Shown: in pieces, positions 49,656-60,309 of the stretch
How the letters are laid out: every line of letters starts with the position of its first letter
How positions within the stretch are numbered: the stretch's first letter is position 1
Source of the DNA: Micropruina sp.
Lineage (GTDB): Bacteria > Actinomycetota > Actinomycetes > Propionibacteriales > Propionibacteriaceae
Assembly: GCA_016711105.1 (NCBI GenBank)
Contig: JADJTO010000033.1
Location: 47,168 to 111,167, forward strand
Direction of reading: 5' to 3'
Length of the DNA stretch: 64,000 nucleotides
Position numbers and translations under genes: made by a program
The notes under the pieces: generated by a model
What the model was told of the DNA's origin: nothing
The model's input: the letters and a program-made list of their open reading frames with translations, nothing else
Databases searched by the model: none

Positions 49656-52600
49656 ATGCGGAACGCCCCTGTTCCGGCGCTCCCGGAAGGACGGCGTGAG
49701 CGAACTCGGCGCACCCCCGACGATCCTTGGGACTGGCTGCACGTCAGCCCTGACGGCTCGCCGACCGATGGAACCGCGGTTGCGGTGGTGGTGATCCCGC
49801 ACGCTGCCGACGACTCGAGTGACGTTGTCGACCTGGCTCTGGCCGCTTCCAGCGTGCGTCCGGTGGAGACCATTGAGGCCGAGGGCGAACAATTCGCCGA
49901 AGCGGTGGCCGACGCCGTGGAACGCCTGGCCCCCGACGTGGAGTGGCTGTGGCTGCTCCACGACGACGCAGAGCCGGAGCCGCGAGCGCTGGAGGCCCTG
50001 CTCGCCGCTGACGCCGACGTGGTGGGATCACTCCTGATCCGTCCGCAGAGCCGGGTCAGCGGCACCCTCGTGGAGGAGTGGGTCCCGACCATCTCTCACA
50101 GCGGACGGCTGGGCCACCTGGCCGAGCCGGGGGAGCCCTACCAGGGTCAGTTCGACGCCTCAGACGTTCTGGGTGTTTCCACCATCGGCATGCTGATCCG
50201 CCGCGACGTCTTCACCGCGCTGGGTGGCTTCGTGCCCGGGACCCCGCAGGCGCAGGCCGGGCTGGAGTTCGGCTGGCGTGCCCGGCTGGCCGGTTTCAGC
50301 CTGCGGGCGGAGCCGAAGGCGCTGGTGCGGCACCGCGGCGACGCACAGTCACTGGAGCAACTCAAGAAGGTCGGGCTCACCTTGGCCTCCGCCCACGCCG
50401 CGCCCGGACGGCGCCCCTGGCAGGCCGTCCGGTTCGCCGTGGGCAGTGTGCTGGCCGCTGTTCTACTGCTGCTCGGCAAGGATCCGGCCCGTGCCCGGGC
50501 AGAACTCCGCGGCTTCACCGGCTGGCTCGGCGATCGTGCCGGGAGAGCCGGGCAGCGAGCCGCCGTGGGCAGGCTCACCCCGACCACCGAGATCCTGGCC
50601 GCGATCCGGGCGATGCGTCCAGGCTGGCGTCAAGGCCTGCGCCACGCTGCTGACAATGCGGCCGGACGAGTGGCCGACTGGCTGGGCACCTTCACCGAGC
50701 GCGGCGAAACCTCAGGCCTGGACGAGCTGACCGGGGACGACTTCGCCAGTCAAGCCCGTGCCCGAGCACTCTCCCCGCTGCTCCTGGGGGGTTTGGTCGT
50801 CCTCACCCTGGCGCTGGTCGCGGCGCGCAACCTGATCGGTGCGGGCCAGCTCCGCGCCGCCCAACTGCTTCCGGCCCAGGCGACGTTTGCCAACCTGCTG
50901 GCCGACTACCTCACCCCGGTTGCGGGCCTACCCGGCCTTGCCGGACCGTCCTGGTTGGGGTTGCTGGCCGTCGGCTCGGTGCTCACCTTCGGGCAAGTCG
51001 AGTGGTTGGTCGGGATTCTGTTGCTCGGCTGTGTGCCGCTCACGTGGCTCGCCGCGTATCGCCTGCTTCGTCAACTCGTCACCGACGGACGGCTGGCGCT
51101 GGTCGGCGGCCTGTTCTATGCGCTCACCCCAGCTCTCACCGGTGCCCTGAATGCGGGCCAACTGGGGACAGCGATCATCGCCTTGCTGCTCCCGTTGCTC
51201 GGCTACACCATGCTGCTCTGGGCGCGAGCCCCGGGCGGCCGGTGGCGTGAGGCGGGGGCGTCCGGGCTGCTGTTGCTGCTTGCCACGGCCGTATTACCGC
51301 TCCTGTGGCCAGTCGCTGTGCTGGCGGGGGTGCTGTTCGCCGTGCTCGTCCGCCGTCCTGGGCAGTGGGGTCAACTCGTTGTGGCGCTGGCCACTCCGTG
51401 CCTGCTGCTGTTGGGCCCCGGCTGGGCAGGCGTGCTCGCCTTTCCCGGACGCCTGCTCACCGGTCCGGAGCCGGCCCTGGTGCCGCTGGAGGTGCCAGCC
51501 GCGTGGGCATTGCTGATCGGGCAGACCCCGGGTGCCGGTGCGGCGCCGCTGTGGCTCGCCTCAGTCGTGTTCGGCTCCGCCTGGGTTGCCGCTCTGGCCG
51601 GGACGGTCCGCCGCCGCGGAGTCGCCACCTGGGCCGTCGGTGGCGCGGTGGTTGCGTTGGCCCTGGCCATCACCCTGACTCGCCTGGTCGTCCGGGTCTC
51701 GCCTGGGGTTGAGGTTCGGCCTCAGGCGCACCCGTGGTTGTTGCTGATGGTTGGCGGTCTGACCCTGGCTGCGGTGGTCGGCCTGGATGGCCTGACCGGT
51801 CAGCTGAAGGGCAGGTCCCTGGGCCCGCTCCACCTGCTCTCGTTGGGGTTGACCGTGATCGTCACCGCCTCTGCCGTCCTCGCCGGCGGCTGGTGGGCCT
51901 GGGCGGGGCAGGCGGGCCTGTCCAGAGCGAGCGTGGGTGAGCTGCCGGCCTTCGTCCGCAACGCCCAAGTCTCGGCAACTCCGAGCCGGACGCTGACCGT
52001 CCGCTTGGTTGGTGGAGAGGTCCGCTGGGCGGTGGTGCAGGACGACTTCCCACGCCTGGGGGACTCTGAGCGCGGGCTGCTCGGTGTCGGCGAGGCGCCG
52101 CTGAGTGACCTGGCCCGCTCGGTGGCCAATCGGCTGCTGGCGGGCAGCGCGGACAACGAACTGGTGCCCGACCTGCAGCGCCTCGGCATCGGCCACGTCT
52201 GGCTGCAGGGAAGCGACGAGGAGACCCGGACGGCGATCAGCAACGTGCCTGGCCTGGGCACCGGAACCGGTGGCGACGCCGGGGCGGTCTGGCCGGTACC
52301 GGCATCAGGTCGAGCCGTGATCATCGAGGGTGAGAATCGGACGGTGGTCGGTGATGGGCTCGAGGTGCCCACGGCAGGCCAGGCGCGCGTCCTGGTGCTG
52401 GCCGAACCCGCCGATCCGCGCTGGCTCGCCTCCGTCGGAGGAGTGCCGCTGGTCACCGTCGACGTGGGGGACGGGCGTCAGGCGTTCGCTCTACCCCAGA
52501 CCGCCGGCAAGCTGAGCCTCGAGCTGAGCGGGGGCACCTCCTGGTGGGCCTGGGCCCAACTGGTCGGCTTGGTGCTGGTGATGCTCCTGGCCTTGCCAGG

Positions 52601-52664
52601 AGTGCGTTCCCCGGCGGCCCGCGGTGCCCAGGTGCCGAAACGCTCGCTGGCAGGAGATGCCTGA
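49656..52664 (+). CDS. Large GT2 glycosyltransferase with multi-TM domain
   Basis: WLWLLHDDAEPEP, GMLIRRDVF..LGGF, GWRARLAG; many TMs; follows whiB. Confidence 0.85.
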   Translation: MRNAPVPALPEGRRERTRRTPDDPWDWLHVSPDGSPTDGTAVAVVVIPHAADDSSDVVDLALAASSVRPVETIEAEGEQFAEAVADAVERLAPDVEWLWLLHDDAEPEPRALEALLAADADVVGSLLIRPQSRVSGTLVEEWVPTISHSGRLGHLAEPGEPYQGQFDASDVLGVSTIGMLIRRDVFTALGGFVPGTPQAQAGLEFGWRARLAGFSLRAEPKALVRHRGDAQSLEQLKKVGLTLASAHAAPGRRPWQAVRFAVGSVLAAVLLLLGKDPARARAELRGFTGWLGDRAGRAGQRAAVGRLTPTTEILAAIRAMRPGWRQGLRHAADNAAGRVADWLGTFTERGETSGLDELTGDDFASQARARALSPLLLGGLVVLTLALVAARNLIGAGQLRAAQLLPAQATFANLLADYLTPVAGLPGLAGPSWLGLLAVGSVLTFGQVEWLVGILLLGCVPLTWLAAYRLLRQLVTDGRLALVGGLFYALTPALTGALNAGQLGTAIIALLLPLLGYTMLLWARAPGGRWREAGASGLLLLLATAVLPLLWPVAVLAGVLFAVLVRRPGQWGQLVVALATPCLLLLGPGWAGVLAFPGRLLTGPEPALVPLEVPAAWALLIGQTPGAGAAPLWLASVVFGSAWVAALAGTVRRRGVATWAVGGAVVALALAITLTRLVVRVSPGVEVRPQAHPWLLLMVGGLTLAAVVGLDGLTGQLKGRSLGPLHLLSLGLTVIVTASAVLAGGWWAWAGQAGLSRASVGELPAFVRNAQVSATPSRTLTVRLVGGEVRWAVVQDDFPRLGDSERGLLGVGEAPLSDLARSVANRLLAGSADNELVPDLQRLGIGHVWLQGSDEETRTAISNVPGLGTGTGGDAGAVWPVPASGRAVIIEGENRTVVGDGLEVPTAGQARVLVLAEPADPRWLASVGGVPLVTVDVGDGRQAFALPQTAGKLSLELSGGTSWWAWAQLVGLVLVMLLALPGVRSPAARGAQVPKRSLAGDA

Positions 52665-54046
52665 TGCGTAACTGGATTCCGGCGGCGGCGCTCACTGTGG
52701 CCACTGTCGTCGTGGTCGGCGCGGGCACCCTGGTGCCGGCCGGTCAGCCTGGCCAGCCGGTGATCCCGGAAGCGAATCGGGCCACCATCGCGGTGGGCTG
52801 CCCGGGGATCGGCTCGGCGGCAACACCGGCGCTGCTGGTCGCGGCCGGCGACGGTGCCGTCCTGACCACGGCGAAGCTGACGTCACCGGCCACCCGCAAC
52901 GAGGTCACCGGCGTCGGCGTCCTGCGTGACCTGGCACAGCCGATGTTGGTGGGTGGTCCCCGCAGTGCCGTCTTCGGCGTCGCCACGTCGGTCTCGGCCA
53001 ACTCGGGCCCCTTGAGCGGTTTGACCCTGGCCGCCTGCCATAGCGCCCGCAGCGAATGGTGGATCCCGGGAGTGAGCATCGCTGAGGACGATCAGGCCGA
53101 ACTCGTCCTGCTCAACCAGGACAGCACCGAGGCCGCGGTCGACGTGACCCTGATCGGCGCCGACGGGCGGATCTCCGCTCCCGGCTCCCGCGGCATCGTG
53201 GTGGGTCCGCACAGCCAACGAGTGGTCTCGCTCGGCCCGATCGCCACCAGCCCGACCCCGGTCACGCTCCGGGTGCAGACGTCGCAGGGCCGGGTCGTGG
53301 CCGGGCTCCGGCAAAGCCGCTGGCCGGGGAATCGGGCCAGCGCCGCCGACTGGGTTCCGGCCGCCGTCGACCCGGCCACCCGGGTGGTGATCCCCGGCAT
53401 CCCCGGCGGACCGGGGGCCCGCCGACTCGTCGTGGTGAACCCGGGCGAGCGGACGGCCCGGGTCGGCCTTGAGGTGCTCGGCCTCAACGGACGAGTGGTG
53501 CTGACCGGGCTGGAGTCGCTGGACGTACCGGCCGGAACCACTCGGGCCTTCGAACTCGCGGCCGGGCTGGGCGGGGAGCCGACCGCCGTCCGCCTGGCCT
53601 CCGACCGGCCGATCACAGCGTCGGTGATCAGCGACAGTGGCGAAGGAACCAAGGGCGTGGACTTCGCCGTCCAGCCGGCGACGGAGCCGATCGGCGACAT
53701 GAGCATCTGGCCGGTGCCCGTGCCCAAGGCGGCGCGGGTCACGGTGATGCTGACCAACGCCGGGGAGGCAGAGGTGGCCACCACGGTGAGCTTGAGCAAC
53801 GCGATCGGGGCTGAGCTGAAGAGCTACCAGGTGCCGCTCCCGCCGGGCCTTACCGCCCTGATCGATCTGCCGGCCACCGAACTCCCGGTCCTGCGGATCG
53901 AGCGGGCCGGCGGGGACGTCCGGGTCGGGGTGATCGCCACCCAGACCCTTGGAACGATCGCCGGCCTGGGCAGCCTCGCCGTGGCGCCGCTTCAGGCTCA
54001 GGCGGGCTCGGCCGAGCCGAGTTTCGACCCGCTCACCGGGAGTTAG
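52664..54046 (+). CDS. DUF5719-like exported protein
   Basis: N-terminal hydrophobic segment; repeated L.L.N.......VDV..G..G; follows the GT2 gene. Confidence 0.78.
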   Translation: MRNWIPAAALTVATVVVVGAGTLVPAGQPGQPVIPEANRATIAVGCPGIGSAATPALLVAAGDGAVLTTAKLTSPATRNEVTGVGVLRDLAQPMLVGGPRSAVFGVATSVSANSGPLSGLTLAACHSARSEWWIPGVSIAEDDQAELVLLNQDSTEAAVDVTLIGADGRISAPGSRGIVVGPHSQRVVSLGPIATSPTPVTLRVQTSQGRVVAGLRQSRWPGNRASAADWVPAAVDPATRVVIPGIPGGPGARRLVVVNPGERTARVGLEVLGLNGRVVLTGLESLDVPAGTTRAFELAAGLGGEPTAVRLASDRPITASVISDSGEGTKGVDFAVQPATEPIGDMSIWPVPVPKAARVTVMLTNAGEAEVATTVSLSNAIGAELKSYQVPLPPGLTALIDLPATELPVLRIERAGGDVRVGVIATQTLGTIAGLGSLAVAPLQAQAGSAEPSFDPLTGS

Positions 54047-54489
54047 TCCCAGTCGTCGTCCTCGGCCAGACCGGTGGGATCAATCTCGCTCACCGCGATC
54101 CCGGTCAGCGCGGAGAGCTGCTCCACGATGGTGCGGTGGACCAGGATCCGCAGTCCCTTGCGGGTGTTGGCCCGATGTTCCAGCGGGCGTCGGAAGAGCA
54201 CCACTTGCCCGCTGCGGTCGGGCACCGGCGCCATCGCGGCAGCCAGGGGTACCCGATCCCGCGACCAGGGGCCTTCCATGGTCGGGACGTCCTCCACCCC
54301 GATGTCGAATCCGATCAGCGCTTGCGGGCACGTTTTGGAGATTCGGGCGACGGAGGCCCGGACGCATTCGGTGAAGTACTCGGCCTTTCGCGGACGGTGT
54401 CGCAGCGGCACCGGAGCCCCGGTCAAGGGGTTCGGCAACGCCTGGGGGCCACGCATCCCACGTCCGTGCCGATCCCGTCGGTGTGCCAT
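54043..54489 (-). CDS. Zincin-like metallopeptidase-family protein
   Basis: RRDRHGRGMRGP, GVEDVP, VVLFRRPLEHRA, EIDP. Confidence 0.85.
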   Translation of the reverse strand: MAHRRDRHGRGMRGPQALPNPLTGAPVPLRHRPRKAEYFTECVRASVARISKTCPQALIGFDIGVEDVPTMEGPWSRDRVPLAAAMAPVPDRSGQVVLFRRPLEHRANTRKGLRILVHRTIVEQLSALTGIAVSEIDPTGLAEDDDWD

Positions 54490-54526
54490 GAGCTCAGCTT
54501 ACGACGACGCCGCTAGCCTGTCGGGC

Positions 54527-54871
54527 GTGAGGACTCGTACCTGCTCGCGCACCGGTTGTTCGGTGACGGCCGTCTCGACGCTCACCTACGCCTACGACGA
54601 CTCGACCGCCGTCGTAGGGCCGCTGGCGCTGCGCGCCGAGCCCGGTACCTACGATCTGTGTCGCGACCACACTCATGGCTTGAGCGCCCCGCGTGGCTGG
54701 GACGTGATCCGCCTGCCGGGGGCCGGGGAGGCTTCCGCGCCCTCCAAGGACGACCTGCTGGCGCTCGCCGACGCCGTCCGCGAGGTCGGTTTCGCGGGTG
54801 CCCCCGCAGAGCCGACGCAGCCTCAGGTGACCCGTCGCAAAGGGCATCTCGCGGTGGTCGCCGACCTGTAG
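54527..54871 (+). CDS. DUF3499 family protein
   Basis: R.CSRTGC...AVSTLTYAY.DSTAVVGPLA...EP..YDLC..H...APRGW, DDLLALADAVRE. Confidence 0.88.
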   Translation: MRTRTCSRTGCSVTAVSTLTYAYDDSTAVVGPLALRAEPGTYDLCRDHTHGLSAPRGWDVIRLPGAGEASAPSKDDLLALADAVREVGFAGAPAEPTQPQVTRRKGHLAVVADL

Positions 54872-54883
54872 GCTGACTCGCAA

Positions 54884-56248
54884 ATGATCGAATCAGGCAT
54901 CTTCAAGGCCAATGACATCCGCGGACTGGCCGGTGGCCCGGATGCCCAATGGGACGCTGCCGGCGCCTTCGACATCGGAGCCTCCTTCGTGGAGGTGTTC
55001 GGCCTCAACGGCGGCGATTTCGTGCTCGGGCGCGATATGCGGGGCACCGGTGTCGAGTTGGGTCGCGCTTTTGCCGACGGAGCGCGCTCGCGCGGCGCCA
55101 ACGTGATTGATGTGGGCCTGTCCAGCACCGACGAGTTGTGGTTCGCCTCAGGTCGCTTCTCGCTGCCGGGTGTTCAACTGACCGCCTCACACAATCCGGC
55201 CGGCTACAACGGGGTGAAGTTCTGCCGGGCCGACGCGGCGCCGGTCGAACCCGAGACGCTGCTGCGGATCAAGGAGCTGGCGATGGCCGGCGGGCCAGCA
55301 GCCGATGAGAGCATCCCGCTGGGTGCCTACCGACAGCAGGACGTTCTGGCCGAGTACGCCGCCTACCTGCACTCCCTGGTCGACCTCGACGGGATGCGGC
55401 GGCTCAAGGTTGTGGTCGACGCCGGCAATGGGATGGCTGGGCTGACCACGCCGGCCGTCCTCGGGCCGCTCGACGTCGAGCTGGTCGGGCTGTACCTCGA
55501 CCTGGACGGCAGCTTCCCCAACCATCCACCGAACCCGCTGGAGCCGGAGAACCTGCTCGATGCGCAGGCCGCGGTGCGGGCCCACGGTGCCGATCTGGCC
55601 CTGGTGTTCGACGGGGACGCCGACCGCTGCTTCATCATCGATGAGCGCGGGGAGGTGGTCACGCCGTCGGTGGTGACCGCCCTGATCGCCCGCCAGGAGC
55701 TGGCCCGCGAGCCGGGCGCCACGATCGTGATCAACACCATCACCTCGCGGGCCGTCGGTGAAGAGGTGGCCCTGCACGGCGGCACGCTCGAGGTGTCCCC
55801 GGTCGGCCACACCAAGGTGAAGGCGCTGATGGCCGAACACGACGCCATTTTCGGTGGCGAACACTCAGCTCACTACTACTTTCGGGACTTCTGGGGTGCC
55901 GACACCGGCATGCTGGCGGCCCTGCACGTCCTCGCCCTGGTCGGGCATGGGCAGGCCCCGATCTCGGAGTTGGCTGCGTCCGTGCCGGCCTACGCCAACT
56001 CCGGCGAGATCAACTCCACCGTGTCCGACGCGCCGGGAATCGCCGCCCGGGTCGAGGCCGCGTTCGCCGATCGGGGTAGCGTGGATCACATAGACGGGCT
56101 CACCGTCAGCGGCCCGGGCTGGTGGCTGAACGTCCGCTCGTCCAACACCGAGCCGTTGCTTCGCCTGAACGTGGAGTCCAAGGACTCGGCCCATATGGCG
56201 TCGTTGCGCGATGAGGCGTTGGCGATCATCCGAGGAGGAACCGCATGA
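54884..56248 (+). CDS. manB: Phosphomannomutase/phosphoglucomutase
   Basis: FKANDIRG, TASHNP, FDGDADR, GGEHSAH, RSSNTEP. Confidence 0.94.
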   Translation: MIESGIFKANDIRGLAGGPDAQWDAAGAFDIGASFVEVFGLNGGDFVLGRDMRGTGVELGRAFADGARSRGANVIDVGLSSTDELWFASGRFSLPGVQLTASHNPAGYNGVKFCRADAAPVEPETLLRIKELAMAGGPAADESIPLGAYRQQDVLAEYAAYLHSLVDLDGMRRLKVVVDAGNGMAGLTTPAVLGPLDVELVGLYLDLDGSFPNHPPNPLEPENLLDAQAAVRAHGADLALVFDGDADRCFIIDERGEVVTPSVVTALIARQELAREPGATIVINTITSRAVGEEVALHGGTLEVSPVGHTKVKALMAEHDAIFGGEHSAHYYFRDFWGADTGMLAALHVLALVGHGQAPISELAASVPAYANSGEINSTVSDAPGIAARVEAAFADRGSVDHIDGLTVSGPGWWLNVRSSNTEPLLRLNVESKDSAHMASLRDEALAIIRGGTA

Positions 56249-56430
56249 CCGATCTGTCTGCCGACGTGCTGGAGTTCCTGGTCTGCCCGGCCTGCCATGG
56301 CCGGTTCACCTGGGACTACGAAGCGTCCGAACTGATCTGCTCGTCCAGCGACTGCGGGTTGGCCTACCCCTTGCGCGGGGGAATCCCGATCCTGCTGGTC
56401 GATGAGGCGCGCAAGCCCTCGGCGGAGTGA
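56245..56430 (+). CDS. Trm112-family protein
   Basis: LEFLVCPAC...LIC...C.LAYP..GIPILLVDEAR. Confidence 0.9.
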   Translation: MTDLSADVLEFLVCPACHGRFTWDYEASELICSSSDCGLAYPLRGGIPILLVDEARKPSAE

Positions 56431-56433
56431 CTC

Positions 56434-57450
56434 ATGGACGAGTTCGACGACTCCCGGCTGGAGAATCACGAGATCCTGCGCGGCGCTGATCCGCTGCTGA
56501 TTCCGCTGGCCGAGTCGGGGGCCCGGCTGCGCCGTGAAGTCTCGCGGGCCGAGCTTCCGCTGGCCGGGTTGAGTGACCTGGATCGGCCGCGGGCCGTGAT
56601 CGCGTTCGGCCCCGAAGCGCGCCTGCTGCGGGCCGTCCTGGAGCCGGTGTGCCCGGTGCCGTTCATGGCCTGGCCCGCCCTGGGGTTGCCCGGCTGGGTC
56701 GGACCGTTGGACGTGGTGGTGGTGATGGGTGGCCGCAGCCGCGAGTCGATGGTGGTGGCGCACGAGGCAGTACGTCGCGGTGCCCGGCTGCTGGTGGCCA
56801 GCCCGCCCGATTCCAGCCTGGCCCTGCAGTCGGCCTCGCGTTCCACGACCCTGTTGCCGATCGGTACCTCCGACCCGCTGGCCTCGGCGATTCTCGTCCT
56901 GGTGGCTCTGCATCGGCTCGGCCTCGGCCCGGCGATCAGCCCCGAAGCGGTCGCCGACGCCATGGACGCGGTAGCCGAGGAGTGCAGTTGGCGGAACAAC
57001 GTGTCGGCCAACCCGGCCAAGGCGATCGCTCTCGATCTGGCCGAAGCGCAACCGCTGGTCTGGGGCGGGTCGATCATGGCTGCCCGGGCAAGCCGGCGGA
57101 TCGCCGAGGCGTTGCGCGCGGCCAGCGGACGAGTCTGCCTGGCGGCCGATGCCCGGGCGCTGCAGCCGCTGCTAGAGGGCGCTGCACCGCGTGATCCGTT
57201 CGCCGACCCGTTCGAGGAGGCCGCGAATGACCGGCGTCCGGGGTTGGTGGTGATCGACGACGGTTTGCTCGACGAGGCCGCCGAACAGGACCAGGACTGG
57301 CTGACCAAGGCGGCCCTACGCCAAGACATCCGGGTCTCGCTGCTCCGCCACACCACCGGCGGCGCGATGGAGCGCTACGTCACGATCCTGCTCCAGGGTC
57401 TCTATGCGGCGGCCTACCTTCAAGTGGGGCTGGGCCGCACTCTCAGCTGA
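56434..57450 (+). CDS. SIS-domain protein (PGI/PMI-like, TobH-like)
   Basis: [34 protein letters not shown]. Confidence 0.83.
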   Translation: MDEFDDSRLENHEILRGADPLLIPLAESGARLRREVSRAELPLAGLSDLDRPRAVIAFGPEARLLRAVLEPVCPVPFMAWPALGLPGWVGPLDVVVVMGGRSRESMVVAHEAVRRGARLLVASPPDSSLALQSASRSTTLLPIGTSDPLASAILVLVALHRLGLGPAISPEAVADAMDAVAEECSWRNNVSANPAKAIALDLAEAQPLVWGGSIMAARASRRIAEALRAASGRVCLAADARALQPLLEGAAPRDPFADPFEEAANDRRPGLVVIDDGLLDEAAEQDQDWLTKAALRQDIRVSLLRHTTGGAMERYVTILLQGLYAAAYLQVGLGRTLS

Positions 57451-57478
57451 GCGGGTGACGTCTGGCAGAATCACCCCT

Positions 57479-57958
57479 GTGAGCACTTCAGACCCCACCA
57501 CCCGCATTGCGGGCATGACCCGGGTGCTGGTGTTGAACGGTGCCAACCTGGGCCGGCTCGGCAAGCGCCAGCCCGAGATCTACGGCTCCACCACCCATCA
57601 GCAGTTGGCCGACCACCTGATCAGCACCGGGGCGGGCCTCCGGCTGGCGGTCGAGGTGCGCCAAACCGACCTGGAGGGGGAGTTGGTCGGTTGGCTGCAC
57701 GAGGCGGCGGACGAGGGGATCGCCGTGGTCTTGAACCCGGCCGCCTGGACCCACTACTCGATTGCGGTGGCGGACGCGGTGGCTCAAGTGCCGGTCGTGG
57801 TCGAGGTGCACATCTCCAACATTCACGCCCGGGAAGAGTTCCGGCGGCACTCGGTCATCTCGCCGTACGTGCGGGGAGTGATCTGCGGGCTCGGTCTGGG
57901 CGGCTACGACCTGGCCTTGGCTCACGTGGCGGCCAGCATCGGTGAGCCCACCGCCTGA
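57479..57958 (+). CDS. aroQ: Type II 3-dehydroquinate dehydratase (alternative start 57515)
   Basis: [40 protein letters not shown]. Confidence 0.94.
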   Translation: MSTSDPTTRIAGMTRVLVLNGANLGRLGKRQPEIYGSTTHQQLADHLISTGAGLRLAVEVRQTDLEGELVGWLHEAADEGIAVVLNPAAWTHYSIAVADAVAQVPVVVEVHISNIHAREEFRRHSVISPYVRGVICGLGLGGYDLALAHVAASIGEPTA

Positions 57959-58009
57959 GCCTGGGGTCCGCTTTGGCGGGGCTGGTTCGACCACGTACGC
58001 TGACCCGTC

Positions 58010-59425
58010 GTGGACTACCGCGTTGCAGACCTGAACCTGGCCGACTTCGGACGCAAGGAAATCGCCCTCGCCGAACATGAGATGCCCGGCCTGATGGCTA
58101 TGCGGGAGCGCTTCGGTGAGACCAAGCCGCTGACCGGCGCCCGGATCGCCGGCTCTCTGCACATGACCATCCAAACCGCCGTCCTGATCGAAACCCTGGT
58201 GGCTTTGGGGGCTGAGGTGCGCTGGGCGTCCTGCAACATCTTCTCCACGCAGGATCATGCCGCTGCGGCGGTTGTGGTCGGGCCGGACGGCACCCCCGAG
58301 AATCCCCAGGGCGTGCCGGTGTTCGCCTGGAAGGGCGAGTCGCTGGAGGAGTACTGGTGGTGCACCGAGCAGATCCTCGACTGGGGCGGTAGCAAGGCCA
58401 ACATGATCCTCGACGACGGCGGGGACGCCACGATGCTCGTCCATAAGGGGGTCGAGTTCGCCAAGGCTGGGGCGGTTGCCGAGACCGCTGCCACGGACGT
58501 GGCCGAGTACGCGGTGTTCCTGCAGCGCCTGCGCGACTCGACGCTGGACTGGGTCGCGATCTCGAACGCCCTCCTGGGCGTGACCGAGGAGACCACCACC
58601 GGCGTGCACCGGCTCTACGAGATGGCGAAGAACTCCTCGCTGTTGTTCCCGGCGATCAACGTCAACGATTCGGTGACCAAGAGCAAGTTCGACAACAAGT
58701 ACGGCATCAGGCACTCGCTGATCGACGGCATCAACCGCGGCACCGACGTGCTGATCGGCGGCAAGGTGGCCGTGGTCTGCGGCTACGGCGACGTTGGCAA
58801 GGGCTGCGCTGAGGCGTTGGCCGGGCAGGGCGCCCGCGTGATCGTGACCGAGATCGATCCGATCTGCGCGCTCCAAGCGGCGATGGACGGCTACCAGGTG
58901 AGCACCCTGGAAGGGGTGCTGGCTAAAGCCGACATCATCATCACCGCGACGGGCTGCGTGAACGTGATCACCGCCGAGCAGATGTCGCGGATGAAGCACC
59001 TGGCGATCGTGGGCAACATCGGTCACTTCGACAACGAGATCGACATGGCCGGGCTGCAGACCTACCCGGGCGTGCTCCGCAAGAACATCAAGCCGCAGGT
59101 GGACCAGTGGACCTTCCCGGACGGGCACTCGATCATCGTGCTGTCGGAGGGACGCCTGCTCAACCTGGGCAACGCCACCGGTCACCCCAGCTTCGTGATG
59201 AGCAACTCCTTCACCAACCAGGTGCTGGCCCAGATCGAGCTGTTCACCAAGCCGGAGGACTACCCGGTCGGGGTCTACACCCTGCCCAAGGAACTGGACG
59301 AACTGGTCGCCCGGCTGCATCTGGACGCGCTCGGCGTGCAGCTGACCACGCTGACCTCCGAGCAGTCGGAGTACCTCGGGTTGCCGGCGGACGGGCCGTT
59401 CAAGCCAGACTCTTACCGGTACTGA
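58010..59425 (+). CDS. ahcY: S-adenosylhomocysteine hydrolase
   Basis: [42 protein letters not shown]. Confidence 0.97.
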   Translation: MDYRVADLNLADFGRKEIALAEHEMPGLMAMRERFGETKPLTGARIAGSLHMTIQTAVLIETLVALGAEVRWASCNIFSTQDHAAAAVVVGPDGTPENPQGVPVFAWKGESLEEYWWCTEQILDWGGSKANMILDDGGDATMLVHKGVEFAKAGAVAETAATDVAEYAVFLQRLRDSTLDWVAISNALLGVTEETTTGVHRLYEMAKNSSLLFPAINVNDSVTKSKFDNKYGIRHSLIDGINRGTDVLIGGKVAVVCGYGDVGKGCAEALAGQGARVIVTEIDPICALQAAMDGYQVSTLEGVLAKADIIITATGCVNVITAEQMSRMKHLAIVGNIGHFDNEIDMAGLQTYPGVLRKNIKPQVDQWTFPDGHSIIVLSEGRLLNLGNATGHPSFVMSNSFTNQVLAQIELFTKPEDYPVGVYTLPKELDELVARLHLDALGVQLTTLTSEQSEYLGLPADGPFKPDSYRY

Positions 59426-59440
59426 TCCGGGGGGCTGGCC

Positions 59441-59938
59441 TCAGCCGCGCGGGATCTCGAACCGCTGCAGGACGGCCGAGTCTGCGCCGAGCTCGGCCCA
59501 CGGCCCGTCGAAGCTGAGGATGCCGATCGCCGAGGTGGGGAAATGGGCCGCCACCTGATCCACCAACTCCGAGGGTTGGGCGAGGGTGCTGATCAGGTCG
59601 CTGACCGTCGGTTCGTGGCCCAGCAGCAGGGTGGTTTTCACTCCTGCCTCGACCCCGCGAAGCTCGTCGATGACGTCGTTCGTCCAGGCGTGGTAGATGG
59701 TCTCGCTGAACCGCACGTCGGACGCCTTGGCGCCGCCCATGGTGAGGCACTGCCAGGTCTGCCGCGTCCGGGTCGACGCCGAACTGAGCACGAGATCGAG
59801 GTGAAACGGCGCCAGCACCTGGCCTGCGATCACCGCGTCCCGGGTTCCGCGTGCGGACAACGGCCGGGCGAAATCGGGGTTGGAGGTCTTCCACGACGAC
59901 TTCGCGTGCCGCATCACGATGAGGATTTTTGCCGTCAC
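59441..59938 (-). CDS. sixA: SixA-type phosphohistidine phosphatase
   Basis: MRHAKS, D..RPL..RG, R.RQT, GHEP. Confidence 0.88.
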   Translation of the reverse strand: MTAKILIVMRHAKSSWKTSNPDFARPLSARGTRDAVIAGQVLAPFHLDLVLSSASTRTRQTWQCLTMGGAKASDVRFSETIYHAWTNDVIDELRGVEAGVKTTLLLGHEPTVSDLISTLAQPSELVDQVAAHFPTSAIGILSFDGPWAELGADSAVLQRFEIPRG

Positions 59939-59993
59939 AGCCCGGAGTCTAGGCCCGGGTCGACCCCGTGGGCCATCACTTCGGCGAGGTGCA

Positions 59994-60233
59994 TCACTTG
60001 GGCATTGACTGCCAGATCTCCTTGCATTCGGGGCAGACCGGGAACTTGTCGGGGTTGCGGGTGGGCACCCAGACCTTCCCGCACAGGGCGACCACGGGGG
60101 TCCCCATCACCATCGCCTCGGTGATCTGGGCCTTGGGCGCGTAGTGCGAGAAGCGCTCATGGTCACCGTCCTCGAACCGGTGCTCGGTGCGTTCATCAAC
60201 CTGGGTTTGCGAACCCGGAGCCAGCTGAGTCAT
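59994..60233 (-). CDS. DUF3039 family protein
   Basis: GDHERFSHY, VVALCGKVWVP, PVCPECK. Confidence 0.9.
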   Translation of the reverse strand: MTQLAPGSQTQVDERTEHRFEDGDHERFSHYAPKAQITEAMVMGTPVVALCGKVWVPTRNPDKFPVCPECKEIWQSMPK

Positions 60234-60309
60234 AGCGCCATCCTCCCTCTGCGCCGCCGAACGCGGACTGTATCCGTCGAAGATACCGGGTTCGTGATGG
60301 GATGGCCCG

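Noticed and set aside
57959-58009. SAH riboswitch upstream of ahcY
   Set aside because: Gap is only 51 bp and TACGCT lies 8 nt before the GTG, implying a leaderless transcript.
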